From assembly GCA_036012755.1 (NCBI GenBank), contig DASCPX010000129.1:1-64000 (forward strand): a DNA stretch of 64,000 nt, read 5' to 3'. Below are positions 18,206 through 27,627 of this stretch, in pieces (within the stretch, counting starts at the first letter, position 1; each line of letters starts with the position of its first letter). Made by a program: the position numbers and the translations under genes. Under the pieces are notes generated by a model. That model had not been told where the DNA came from. It ran no database searches and was given only the letters and a program-made list of their open reading frames with translations. Origin of the DNA: Myxococcota bacterium (GTDB lineage: Bacteria > Myxococcota_A > UBA796 > CAJQPC01).

Positions 18206-19054
18206 TCACTCGGGTGCGAGCCGGAAGTCCACGCGCTGGTCGCCGATGGGCATCGACTTCGTCATCTCGTTGAGGCGACTCCAGGCCCGCTCGCCGACCC
18301 GGTCGCCCAGGGTCTGGGTCTCCTGCTTGCCGGAGCCGACCATCGCCAGGTTGCCGGGGCCGAGCCCGGTGACGCCTGCCGGCCGGTAGTTGCTGGTCGC
18401 CACCAGGGTCTTCATGCCGTTGTAGGCCCCGCTCACGAGCTCGTCGAGCACGGCGAGCTCCCACTCGGTGTTGCGGCCCTTGCCGAGCTCGTCGATGGCG
18501 AGGACCTCGCAGTCCATGACCTCGTCGATCAGCGCGGTGGTTCCTCGCCCGGAGTCGAAGCCGCGGCGGAGGTCCTGGAGCAGATGGGTGAACTCCACGA
18601 AGCGAACGCGGGCCCCCTTCGCGAAGACGATCTCGCGCAGGGCGGCGCACATCAGGTGGGTCTTTCCGCGACCGACAGCGCCCCAGAGGACGAAGCCCTT
18701 GATGCCTGGCTCGAAGGCCTGGCACCAGCTCTGGATTCGGGAGCTCTCCATCGCCGAGCCCTCCAGTCGCATGTTCCAGGCCATGAAGGTGGAGGTGCCG
18801 TGGCGAGCGGGGATGTGCGCTCGGTCGTACAGGGCGATGCGATCCGGGAGGAGTCGGCACTTGCAGCGCAGCCAGCGGCCGTCGAGCTCGATCCGAGCGG
18901 TGTCGGAGCAGCGCGGGCACCAGGCGCCTTCGGCGGCGCCGTCGACGACCACGCAGTCGCAGATGGTGCCGGACGCCAGTCCGTCGCGCACGCCGACGAG
19001 CATGCCGAGACCCTTGCACTTCGGGCAGCCCTTCTTCGGTTCCGGCGTCTTCAT
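18206..19054 (-). CDS. DnaC/IstB-like AAA+ ATPase with N-terminal Zn-finger
   Basis: CPKC..CDC..CPRC..CKC; Walker A GAVGRGKT; Walker B LAIDELG; ATSN. Confidence 0.85.
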   Translation of the reverse strand: MKTPEPKKGCPKCKGLGMLVGVRDGLASGTICDCVVVDGAAEGAWCPRCSDTARIELDGRWLRCKCRLLPDRIALYDRAHIPARHGTSTFMAWNMRLEGSAMESSRIQSWCQAFEPGIKGFVLWGAVGRGKTHLMCAALREIVFAKGARVRFVEFTHLLQDLRRGFDSGRGTTALIDEVMDCEVLAIDELGKGRNTEWELAVLDELVSGAYNGMKTLVATSNYRPAGVTGLGPGNLAMVGSGKQETQTLGDRVGERAWSRLNEMTKSMPIGDQRVDFRLAPE

Positions 19055-19635
19055 GCGCGCACCGTATCCCAGATGGTCGAGGCCGACAGGAGGGGGTGCT
19101 GCTGCCTCAGCAGATCCCGCGCCACCTCCTCCACCACGCGCTCCAGCGCGCTGTCTTCCAGCTTCAGCTCTGAGAGCTCTTCGAGGGCCTGGGCTCTCAG
19201 CGGCGCGTGATCGGCGGTCTCCCACAAGCGGGCGAGCTCGGCTCGAGCGACCCCGATCGCGGCTTGCAGTGTCGGCTCGGCCGAGGCCAGGGCGTCTGCC
19301 GCGGCCTCCTCTCCACCCCCTCGCCAGAGCTCGGCCAGGGGCTCCAGCGGCCCGCAGCTCGGCTCGATGGGCGCCACCCTCCACTTCTTCACGGCGGTCT
19401 CGGCGTTTCGGAGGGACAGCGGTGTCTTCACGCGCCGCTTTCGGCGTCTGCGGGCGGCCACGTCGAGGGCCTGGCAGATGAGCGCTACGGGGACATCGGA
19501 GTCCATCCACACCAGGAGCAGGCGGCCGTCCCGCGACGACAGGAAGGGGGCACCTCCGCGCAGCTCGACGAGGTAGGCGCGGACGATCTCCGCGTCTTGT
19601 TCTCGGGGGTGCTCGTCTCGACGGGTCCCTGACAT
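19051..19635 (-). CDS. Hypothetical protein, possibly DnaD/DnaB-like, coupled to the DnaC-like gene
   Basis: YLVELRGGAPFLSSRD..LL..W....VP...I..ALD; ATGA overlap with the ATPase gene. Confidence 0.65.
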   Translation of the reverse strand: MSGTRRDEHPREQDAEIVRAYLVELRGGAPFLSSRDGRLLLVWMDSDVPVALICQALDVAARRRRKRRVKTPLSLRNAETAVKKWRVAPIEPSCGPLEPLAELWRGGGEEAAADALASAEPTLQAAIGVARAELARLWETADHAPLRAQALEELSELKLEDSALERVVEEVARDLLRQQHPLLSASTIWDTVRA

Positions 19636-19685
19636 CTGCCTTCCATGCTCCAGTTACCATCCCGCGACCCGAGGACAAGCCCCCG

Positions 19686-20891
19686 ATGCGCCTGTTGTTT
19701 TCGCTGATCGCCGTGATCGCCCTGACCGCGCCGGCCTACGCCGGGGACGAGGACGAGGACGAGGACGAGATCGACTTCACGGACGAGACCTTCGACCTCG
19801 AGCAGTTCGAGGACGACGAGGAGGAGGAGGACTTCGAGATCGAGCGCCTCGACGAGGGCGACGACCTGGACCTCGACGAGGAGTTCGACGACGACGACTA
19901 CGGAGGCGATCCAGAGGACGAGGGGCTGGACTTCGGCGATGAGCTCGACGAGCTGGGCGAGGACGAGATCGGCGGCGAGGGCATGGACAACGTCCAGATC
20001 TACCGCGACTACATCGACAACATGGACGATCTGGGCCCCGAAGAGGAGCTCATCTCCTGGGAGCGGTACCTCGAGAAGTACCCGAACACCCTCTTCGGCG
20101 AGCGCATCGAGAAGCGGATGGAGGAGATCGGCGACGACCTCTACGGCGAGCGCATCGACGACGGAACCAGCGGCTACCGGGACGCCAAGGACCGGGAGAT
20201 CGGCCTGACCTCGCCTCAGCTCATGGAGCCGGTCGATCCTCGGACCAAGGTCCGCGCTGGCGTCGAGTTGGGCTTCCTCGGTCCGGGCTGGGTCAGCGGC
20301 GTCGTGGACGCCGAGTACCAGCTGCACCGCCAGGCTTCTGCACACGTCGGCTTCCGGCGCCGCTACACCGGCGGCAACATCGAGTTCGGCGGCCGCATCG
20401 CTCCCATCAAGTCCTCGCGCATGAACCTGGTGGTCAGCGGCATCGCCGACTTCCACTACAACATCGACCCCGGCTTCTTCGGCATGCGGCCGCAGGTAGC
20501 TGTCGGCAAGCGCTTCGAGGTCGCAGGCAAGCCGCTGGACGTGCTCGCCCAGGCTGGCGTCGACGTGGAGTTCGGGCGCCTCGACGACTCCCCGCTCTTT
20601 GGCAGCACCCGCTACGTCGGCGGCTTCCATGTGAGCTATGCGCCGAGCGACGTCGTGGCCGGCTTCGTCGAGGGCAACATCAACATGAAGGCCAGCGGCG
20701 ATCCCGACCTGGACCCCTTCGCCTTCAACGTCGTCTCCTTCGGGCTGAAGTTCAAGCCGCCGCCAGTCCCGGCGTACATCGGGCTCAACGCCAACGTCCC
20801 CGCCCACTACAACTTCTGGGGCTACCACTTCGGCGCGGTGCAGGCGGACGTCGTCGGCTACCTCGACGAGTACATCGACCCCGCGTTCTAG
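19686..20891 (+). CDS. Secreted protein with polyacidic N-terminus and probable outer-membrane beta-barrel
   Basis: Signal peptide ending AYA; long D/E-rich tract; alternating beta-strands in the C-terminal half. Confidence 0.7.
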   Translation: MRLLFSLIAVIALTAPAYAGDEDEDEDEIDFTDETFDLEQFEDDEEEEDFEIERLDEGDDLDLDEEFDDDDYGGDPEDEGLDFGDELDELGEDEIGGEGMDNVQIYRDYIDNMDDLGPEEELISWERYLEKYPNTLFGERIEKRMEEIGDDLYGERIDDGTSGYRDAKDREIGLTSPQLMEPVDPRTKVRAGVELGFLGPGWVSGVVDAEYQLHRQASAHVGFRRRYTGGNIEFGGRIAPIKSSRMNLVVSGIADFHYNIDPGFFGMRPQVAVGKRFEVAGKPLDVLAQAGVDVEFGRLDDSPLFGSTRYVGGFHVSYAPSDVVAGFVEGNINMKASGDPDLDPFAFNVVSFGLKFKPPPVPAYIGLNANVPAHYNFWGYHFGAVQADVVGYLDEYIDPAF

Positions 20892-20894
20892 TTC

Positions 20895-20977
20895 TCGCCG
20901 GCGCGAGTTCCGACGCAGTCGTCGGAACCTGTGCCGGCGACAAGAAGCAGCCTGAGCGGACAAGCCGCCCAGGCTGC
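20895..20977. terminator. Twin hairpins between convergent genes
   Basis: tcgccggcgc-ga-gttccgacg-cagt-cgtcggaac-ct-gtgccggcga and gcagcctgagcgg-acaag-ccgcccaggctgc. Confidence 0.5.
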
Positions 20978-20988
20978 CGTGGCCGGCG

Positions 20989-21558
20989 TCACCTGCAGCG
21001 CCGGTAGTTCCTGCCGCCCGGATCCCGGGTCATCAGGCCGTGATCGACGAAGCCGCGACGGAAGCTCGCCGTGTCTTCGCTGATCTGCTTCAGGCGATCG
21101 TTGACCTCTCGCTCGTCCCACGGCCCTTTGTCCTCGAACAGACGCAAGGCATGGCGCAGCAGGACCTCGAACTTCTTGCGCTTCGCCGGGAGCACACCCT
21201 TCAGGCGCCCATCGGCGTCGAGGAATGCGGCGAGCACTTTCTGCTCGTAGGGGTCGGTACCGTCCTCGATCCGGGCGAGCTCCTTGAGTTCCTGGTCCGA
21301 AGCCAGTGTCCTGGCCTGCGCCTGCAAGGACTCGAGGTCCAGCGCGTAGAGGTGGTAGTGGCCCCTCGCCGTGTTCGTGACCAACGCGGCGGACTGGAGC
21401 CTCGCCAGGTGATGGGACACCGTGGAAGCCCGCAGCTCGAGCACGGTCGCCAGCTCCTCCACCGTGTAGGGGCGGTGAGCCAGCAGCCCGACGATCCGCA
21501 GGCGGTTGCTGTCCGCGAGGGCTTTGAAGAACGACAGGAGTTGGGTGTTGCTTGGCAT
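20989..21558 (-). CDS. ArsR/SmtB-family regulator fused to DUF2087
   Basis: FKALADSNRLRIVGLL...STVSHHL; KVL..F..GRL...PAKRKK...EREVN..L....D.A..RR..VD. Confidence 0.88.
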   Translation of the reverse strand: MPSNTQLLSFFKALADSNRLRIVGLLAHRPYTVEELATVLELRASTVSHHLARLQSAALVTNTARGHYHLYALDLESLQAQARTLASDQELKELARIEDGTDPYEQKVLAAFLDADGRLKGVLPAKRKKFEVLLRHALRLFEDKGPWDEREVNDRLKQISEDTASFRRGFVDHGLMTRDPGGRNYRRCR

Positions 21559-21566
21559 GACGACCT

Positions 21567-21619
21567 CTTTGTTTCGATGAACGTCGAAACAAAGTAGGGA
21601 CACCTCGCTTCACCGTCAA
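21567..21619 (-). promoter_or_regulatory. Sigma-70 promoter with overlapping ArsR-type operator
   Basis: TTGACG-17-TACTTT on the minus strand; perfect inverted repeat ctttgtttcga-N6-tcgaaacaaag (21567-21594). Confidence 0.8.
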
Positions 21620-21690
21620 GCGGTCAACTGCTCGAGAGCGCAGGGCGGAGGGGGTGTGGTTCCAACGGTGGTCGCGCTAGACTGCGCGCC

Positions 21691-23505
21691 ATGCTGCTCA
21701 TCGGCACGGCGTTCGCGAGCACGGCCAACCTTCGCGAGGACACCTTCCCGGTCCACGAGAAGGTCTCCGTGGTGGTCGAGATCGAGCTCGACGAGGTCCT
21801 CGCGCCCGGGGACCAGCTCATCCTGCGCGAGCCCATCCTCCACGGCATGCGCTGGGCCAAGTGGGGCTACATCCAGACCGATCCGACTGCTTGCACCGTC
21901 CTGTCCGAGGACGGCGACTCCGCCAGCGTAGGCCTCGTGCGGGCCTCGACCGACGGCGACGCGGTCCTGGAGCTCCGCCACACGGTCGACGGTCCGGGCA
22001 TCCACGAGCTGGGCGAGGTCGAGGTGGAGCTGGTCGGTGGCGCGCTCGGCCCCGGAGACCTCGTGGTCGTAGAGATGGGCGTCGAGGAGGGCAACTGCGG
22101 GTGGCAGACGGCGGACCGGGCCTTCTCGAACCTGGAGCTGGTTGTGGGCGCCGTGATCGCCGGCACAGAGGTCGACATCGACACGCTCTCCATCGACTTC
22201 AGCCCAGAGGACGAGCTCGCCTACACCGAGGTCTTCGTGCCCAGCCAGGCCCTGGTCGACGAAGCCGTCGTGGCTCGCGTCGTATCCCTCGACCGCTGGG
22301 GAAACGCCCTGTCGGTCGACTACAGCGAGGTCGCCTTCGAGTCTCCGGGGGTCTTCCGCGTGGCCAGCGGGTCCTCGCTGTCCAACCCCATCCGCGTCAC
22401 GGACGACCCCATCGACGACATGGTCTGGTGGGGCGACCTCCACACCCACCACGGCAACTCCTGGGAGGAAGCAGGCAACTGGGTGGACGCCAACCACGAC
22501 TACGCCCGGGACGTGCTCGGCTACGACTTCGGCTGCGAGTCGGTGAAGGGCTACCCCCACGAGCTGGAGTACGAGGATCTCTGGGAGCGGCAGAAGCGGA
22601 CCTGCCAGGCCTACACGGACGCCGACTACGTGGCGCTGTTGGGCTTCGAGTGGATGGGCGGCGCCACAGAGGGGCACCACAACGTCTACTACTCCACCTG
22701 CGACGGACCCCTCGGGCCGATGGACATGGAGACCGTCGCAGAGGGGCTGTGGCCCTTCGTCGAAGACGTCATCGCCGAGACCGGCCAGGACGTGCTCACC
22801 ATCCCCCACGCTCCGAGCTTCACCGGCTACAACTGGGGCGTCGCAGATGAGCGCCTCCGCCCGGTCGCAGAGGTCTACAGCGAGTGGGGCAACTCGATGG
22901 AGCCCCTGCGCAACGGCTCGGTCCCCCAGGGCCTGTCCCTGGGTCAGAGGCTGGGCTTCATCGCCTCCTCCGACAACCACGACGGCTGGCTCGGCAACGG
23001 GCTCGCCGAGAAGAACAGCCCTGGCGGCATCGCCGCCGTCGTGAGCCAGGACCTGAGCGCACCAGCCTTGCTCCAGGCCCTCCACGATCGCAGCTCCTAC
23101 GCGACGACCGGAGCCCGCATCCTGCTGGACGTCGAGGCCAGCGAGGACGGCCAGGTGCACCCGATGGGCTCCGCCTTCGCCAGTCGCGAGGCCCGGTTCA
23201 GCTGGGAGGCCCACGGAACGGCCGAGATCAGCTCCGTCCGCTTGGTGGCTTCGAGGGTCGGCGCCCAGGAGCTCGCCTTCGAGATCAGCCAGTGGACGCC
23301 GATGTCCGCGGACTCCAAGGGCGAGGCCATCGTGCCCTGGGGACCCGACGAGCTGGCGGTGTGGGTAGAGGTCCTCCAGGTCGACGGTGAGATGGCCTGG
23401 TCGTCCCCGATCTGGCTCGAGCGACAGGCGCCGCCCCCGTCGACGGGCGGGTGTGGGGGGAGCGCAGCCCTGCTGCTGTTAGTTCTGTTCCTTCGAAAGC
23501 GATAG
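21691..23505 (+). CDS. DUF3604/PHP-fold metallohydrolase with MYXO-CTERM-like tail
   Basis: WGDLHTH, GFEW...GHHNVYY, IPH, GFIASSDNH, YATTGARI; ends GGCGGSAALLLLVLFLRKR. Confidence 0.8.
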   Translation: MLLIGTAFASTANLREDTFPVHEKVSVVVEIELDEVLAPGDQLILREPILHGMRWAKWGYIQTDPTACTVLSEDGDSASVGLVRASTDGDAVLELRHTVDGPGIHELGEVEVELVGGALGPGDLVVVEMGVEEGNCGWQTADRAFSNLELVVGAVIAGTEVDIDTLSIDFSPEDELAYTEVFVPSQALVDEAVVARVVSLDRWGNALSVDYSEVAFESPGVFRVASGSSLSNPIRVTDDPIDDMVWWGDLHTHHGNSWEEAGNWVDANHDYARDVLGYDFGCESVKGYPHELEYEDLWERQKRTCQAYTDADYVALLGFEWMGGATEGHHNVYYSTCDGPLGPMDMETVAEGLWPFVEDVIAETGQDVLTIPHAPSFTGYNWGVADERLRPVAEVYSEWGNSMEPLRNGSVPQGLSLGQRLGFIASSDNHDGWLGNGLAEKNSPGGIAAVVSQDLSAPALLQALHDRSSYATTGARILLDVEASEDGQVHPMGSAFASREARFSWEAHGTAEISSVRLVASRVGAQELAFEISQWTPMSADSKGEAIVPWGPDELAVWVEVLQVDGEMAWSSPIWLERQAPPPSTGGCGGSAALLLLVLFLRKR

Positions 23506-23514
23506 AGGCGGGCC

Positions 23515-24534
23515 ATGCTCGACTGGAATGCAATACGGGCCCGCGGCCTGGCGGGGATCTCCCTCACCGACTCAGAGGCGGCGGCCATCTGCGAGCTCTC
23601 GACCGAGGACGAACTCGCGGAGCTCATCTCGGTCGCCAACGCGGTGCGCGTCCACCACAAGGGGGACCTCGTCAACACCTGCGGCATCACCAACGCCAAG
23701 TCCGGGGCCTGCCCCGAGAAGTGCTCCTTCTGCAGCCAGTCGGCTCACTTCCAGGACGCGCAGGCGCCGGTCTATGGAATGAAGGACGCCGAGACGATCG
23801 TGGCCGAGGCCCAGCAGGCGGCGGCCAACGGCGTGCGGGAGTTCTCGATCGTCACCCAGGGCCGGGCGGTCACGCGCAGGGACGAGATCGAGACGCTGAA
23901 GCAGTCCTTCTCACGCATCCGTGAGTCCACCGGCATGCAGACCTGCGCCAGCATCGGCCTCGTCGACGCGGAGACCCTGGCGGAGCTCCAGGCCGCCGGC
24001 ATGGACTCGGTCCACCACAACCTCGAGACCGCTCGCAGCTTCCACCCCCAGATCGTCGAGACCCACAGCTACGACGACGAGGTGGAGACGATCCGCGCTG
24101 GCAAGGCCCTCGGCATGTACGTCTGCAGCGGCGGCATCTTCGGCATGGGCGAGAGCTGGGCGCAGCGCGTGGAGCTGGCCGTCGAGCTGCGGGAGCTGGG
24201 GGTCGACAGCGTCCCGCTCAACTTCCTGAACCCGCGGCCGGGGACGCCGCTGGAGGACCTGGACGAGCTGACCCCCTTCGACTGCCTCAAGATCATCGCG
24301 CTGTATCGCCTGGTGCTGCCGACAAAGGACCTCATCGTCTGTGGGGGTCGCCAGGTCCAGCTCAGGGATCGACAGGTGGAGCTCTTCGACGCTGGAGCAA
24401 ATGGCATCATGCTCGGCGACTACCTCACGACGAAGGGCACGGCGACGGCGCTCGACATGCAGATCCTCGAGGACAAGGGCCTGGTCGTTCGACCCACGCC
24501 GCACACCCCGACGGCGCCCGTCGTCACCAACTAG
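23515..24534 (+). CDS. bioB: Biotin synthase
   Basis: NAKSGACPEKCSFCSQS, HHNLET, CSGGIFGMGE, SVPLNFLNP, GDYLTT. Confidence 0.96.
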   Translation: MLDWNAIRARGLAGISLTDSEAAAICELSTEDELAELISVANAVRVHHKGDLVNTCGITNAKSGACPEKCSFCSQSAHFQDAQAPVYGMKDAETIVAEAQQAAANGVREFSIVTQGRAVTRRDEIETLKQSFSRIRESTGMQTCASIGLVDAETLAELQAAGMDSVHHNLETARSFHPQIVETHSYDDEVETIRAGKALGMYVCSGGIFGMGESWAQRVELAVELRELGVDSVPLNFLNPRPGTPLEDLDELTPFDCLKIIALYRLVLPTKDLIVCGGRQVQLRDRQVELFDAGANGIMLGDYLTTKGTATALDMQILEDKGLVVRPTPHTPTAPVVTN

Positions 24535-24536
24535 CC

Positions 24537-25607
24537 GTGCCGCGCTTCTTGAGGCTCGCGGAGCGCCTCGCGGAGCTCGACAAGCGCGGGCAGCGCCGTC
24601 AGCTCCGACCTCTCTTCCCGACCTCTCCGACCACCGCCGAGCTGGACGGCGAGGAGATCGTCGTCTTCTCCAGCAACGACTACCTCGGCCTCGCCCGAGT
24701 CCTGCGCTCGCGCTGGCGGGGCTGCGGGACCGGCAGCTCGCGGCTCATCGCGGGGGACCGCAACGCCCACCACCTGCTCGAGGAGCGCCTCGAGGCGCTG
24801 TGGTGCAACCCCGCGCTCGTCTTTCCCAGCGGCTACCAGGCCAACCTCGCGGTGATGACGACGCTCTTCGAGGCCGGGGACCTCGTCGCCAGTGATGCGC
24901 TCAACCACGCCTCGCTGATCGACGGGCTGCGGCTGGCGCCCTGCGTCCGGGAGATCGTCGAGCACCCCACCCGCGAGCTGCCAGAGCTGCTGCGCGGGGT
25001 CGTGGTCGAGGGGCTCTACTCCATGGACGGCGATCAGCTGGACCTCAGCCGCTACCTGGGAGAACACTGGCTCGTGGTCGACGAGGCCCACGCGGTCGGC
25101 TGTCTCGGTCCCCACGGGATGGGCGCCAGCTATGAGCAGAACGTGGTGCCCGACGTGCTCATCGGCACCTTCGGCAAGGCATACGGCGCCGCCGGGGCCT
25201 TCGTCATCGGGCCGCCGGAGCTCAAGGAGCTGCTGATGAGCAGCGGCCGCAGCTTCGTCTACACGACCGGACTCGCGGAGCCTGCAGCCCGGGCCGCGCT
25301 CGCAGGTCTGGAGGCTGCCACCGACGAGCGACGCGAGATGCTCGCCGAGAACGTCCGCCGCTTCCGATCCGGACTCCACCACCTCGGCCGCGTCCCGCCG
25401 GGCAAGGACCACATCGTCGCGGTGGTGCTCGGGGACCAGGCGATGGAGGTCTCGGGCCGCATGCTGGCGGAGGGCTACTTCGTGCCGGGAATCCGACACC
25501 CGACGGTCGCCAAGGGGCAGGAGCGCCTGCGCTTCTCGCTGTCGGCAGCCCACACCCCCGAGCAGATCGACGGCTGCCTGGAGGCCCTGTCCAAGTGCTT
25601 GCCCTGA
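24537..25607 (+). CDS. bioF: 8-amino-7-oxononanoate synthase
   Basis: SSNDYLGL, SGYQAN, DALNHASLIDG, YSMDGD, DEAHA, GTFGKA. Confidence 0.93.
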   Translation: MPRFLRLAERLAELDKRGQRRQLRPLFPTSPTTAELDGEEIVVFSSNDYLGLARVLRSRWRGCGTGSSRLIAGDRNAHHLLEERLEALWCNPALVFPSGYQANLAVMTTLFEAGDLVASDALNHASLIDGLRLAPCVREIVEHPTRELPELLRGVVVEGLYSMDGDQLDLSRYLGEHWLVVDEAHAVGCLGPHGMGASYEQNVVPDVLIGTFGKAYGAAGAFVIGPPELKELLMSSGRSFVYTTGLAEPAARAALAGLEAATDERREMLAENVRRFRSGLHHLGRVPPGKDHIVAVVLGDQAMEVSGRMLAEGYFVPGIRHPTVAKGQERLRFSLSAAHTPEQIDGCLEALSKCLP

Positions 25608-26368
25608 TCCTGGTGGGCTGCCCTCCAAAGGTCCCGGCGCCGACGGGCCCGGTGGCGCTGGACGACCGCCCGGTGTTGCTCGGCTGGCGCCTGGTGCCTG
25701 GGGACGTGCACCGCTACGCCCTCACCACCCAGTGGGGCGTGGGGGTCGAGGAGGTGCTGCGCGTCGAGCGCTGGGACTACCTCGTGCGCTCCGTGGACGA
25801 AGAGGGGGTGGCCACCCTCGAGGGCAGCCTCGTCGGGCTCGGTGCCGAGGTCCGGCGCCAGGGCCAGCCCTACGACGTCGGCCTGGAGGTGGCCCGCGGC
25901 GCCGAGAAGGAGCGCCTGGGCACCGTCACCCTGTCCCTGGCGCGGGACGGGCGGCTCGTCGCGATCGAGGGCCTGGACTGGGCCGACGCGTTGCCCCACC
26001 GGCTGCTCGCATTGCGGCTCTCGGCAGAGGAGATCCGCCGCGGAGACGTCTGGCCCGACCCGGTGCTGGCGCGGCCCTATGCTTCGCTCATGCCCGTCTC
26101 CCTGGACGTGACCGTCGAGGGCTACTCGACCTTCGAGGGGCTCTACCAGGTCGGCGAGCGCGTGCTCGCGCGGCTGTCCACCCGGGGCGCCGTCAAGCCG
26201 GCGGAGCTGGGGGCGCCGGAGGTCTGGCTCTCTGGCGAGACCTGGTGGGACCCGCTGAATGGCCTCGTCGACAGCCGCACCTTGTCGGCCTCTCTAGGCA
26301 ACGTGCGGGGCGAGCCGGGGACGCTGTCGCTGGGCATCGAGCGCGTGGAGGTCAGGCCCGCGCAGTGA
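25595..26368 (+). CDS. Hypothetical lipoprotein
   Basis: LALILVGC lipobox; overlaps the bioF stop. Confidence 0.65.
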   Translation: MLALILVGCPPKVPAPTGPVALDDRPVLLGWRLVPGDVHRYALTTQWGVGVEEVLRVERWDYLVRSVDEEGVATLEGSLVGLGAEVRRQGQPYDVGLEVARGAEKERLGTVTLSLARDGRLVAIEGLDWADALPHRLLALRLSAEEIRRGDVWPDPVLARPYASLMPVSLDVTVEGYSTFEGLYQVGERVLARLSTRGAVKPAELGAPEVWLSGETWWDPLNGLVDSRTLSASLGNVRGEPGTLSLGIERVEVRPAQ

Positions 26369-26831
26369 GCACCTCTGGCAGGCTGAGCAGCTCGTCGGCT
26401 TCGAGGAGGAGGGGCTCTCCGAGGAGCCAGCAGAGGCCGAGGCGCAGCGCCTCCATGCGGCACTCCGGTCCCTGGAGGTTGCGGGGCTCGCGGGTGCAGG
26501 CGTGGAGCACCTCGTCCCCGCGGATCTGGATGAAGCGCAAGCCCTCGCCGGCGCGGCGCAGGGCGACCCAGGCCTCGTTCTCGCTCGGCAGCCACAGGCG
26601 CAGGGCGATGCCGAGGGCCTCCTCCGCCTCGACGAGGGCCGGGTCCGTGTGGGGCAGGCAAGGCCGCGCCAACAGGGAGCTCGGCGGGGGATCCGAGAAG
26701 ACCCGGAGGCCGGGGTGGTGCGGTCCCCTGCGCCAGATCTCGGCGGGCGAGAAGGGCGCCGAGGGGATCAGGCCCAGCCTCCAACCGACACCCTCGGCGT
26801 CGGGACCGTCGCGTACGACCAGGCACCGCAT
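26352..26831 (-). CDS. Hypothetical protein
   Basis: Fills the gap between flanking genes; divergent from the hisN-like gene. Confidence 0.55.
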   Translation of the reverse strand: MRCLVVRDGPDAEGVGWRLGLIPSAPFSPAEIWRRGPHHPGLRVFSDPPPSSLLARPCLPHTDPALVEAEEALGIALRLWLPSENEAWVALRRAGEGLRFIQIRGDEVLHACTREPRNLQGPECRMEALRLGLCWLLGEPLLLEADELLSLPEVLTARA

Positions 26832-26862
26832 GTCGACGTTGTATCCGGGTTAGCCTGGACTC

Positions 26863-27627
26863 ATGAAGGAGTTCGTCGAGCTCGCCCAGCGCATGGCCGA
26901 CGTGGGCGCCGCGCTCGTGCGCGAGGGATACGAGGTCCTGGGCGAGGTGGAGGGCAAGTCCGACGGCTCCCCGGTGACCGCGATCGATCGGGAAGTCGAG
27001 ATGCGGCTGCGGGAGATGGTCGCGGAGCGCTTCCCGCGGCACGGCTTCATCGGCGAGGAGTTCCCACCCGAGAACCCGGACGCCGAGTGCGTGTGGATCG
27101 TCGATCCCATCGACGGCACCAGGTCCTTCATCGCCGGGCTGCCGACCTTCGCCGTGCTCATCGCCCTGCGTCGGGCGGGGAGGATGGTCCTCGGGGTGAT
27201 CGACCAGCCCGTGCTGCGCGAGCGCTGGGTCGGTCTCGACGGTCACGGCACCACCCGCAACGGTCAGCCCTGCCGGGTGGCCGAGTGCGCCAGCCTCGAC
27301 GTCGCGGTCCTCCAGACCAGCGGACCCCTGGCGCACAGCCGCGCGGTCTTCCCGCGCATGGTGCCGGTCCACCGGGCCGCCGGCGCGCTCATCTACGAGG
27401 GAGAGGCCGTCGGCTTCGGCCTGCTCGCCCGGGGCCGCGTCGATCTCATCGTGGACGGCTGCCTCAAGCTGCACGACATCGCCGGGCCGCTGGTGGTCAT
27501 GCGAGAGGCAGGCGCCATCGTGACCGACTGGCGCGGCCGACCGCTGGGTCGCGAACACGACGGGAGCCTGCTAGCCGCTGGGGATCCGCGGGTCCACGCA
27601 GAAGCCCTCGAGCTGCTGAACGCCTAG
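26863..27627 (+). CDS. hisN: Inositol monophosphatase family protein, probable histidinol-phosphatase
   Basis: KSDGSPVT.ID..E, IGEE, WIVDPIDGT, GVIDQP.L.ERW.G. Confidence 0.75.
   Translation: MKEFVELAQRMADVGAALVREGYEVLGEVEGKSDGSPVTAIDREVEMRLREMVAERFPRHGFIGEEFPPENPDAECVWIVDPIDGTRSFIAGLPTFAVLIALRRAGRMVLGVIDQPVLRERWVGLDGHGTTRNGQPCRVAECASLDVAVLQTSGPLAHSRAVFPRMVPVHRAAGALIYEGEAVGFGLLARGRVDLIVDGCLKLHDIAGPLVVMREAGAIVTDWRGRPLGREHDGSLLAAGDPRVHAEALELLNA

Noticed and set aside
18206..19054. IS21 element or prophage replication module
   Set aside because: No IstA transposase, terminal repeats, integrase or phage structural genes nearby.
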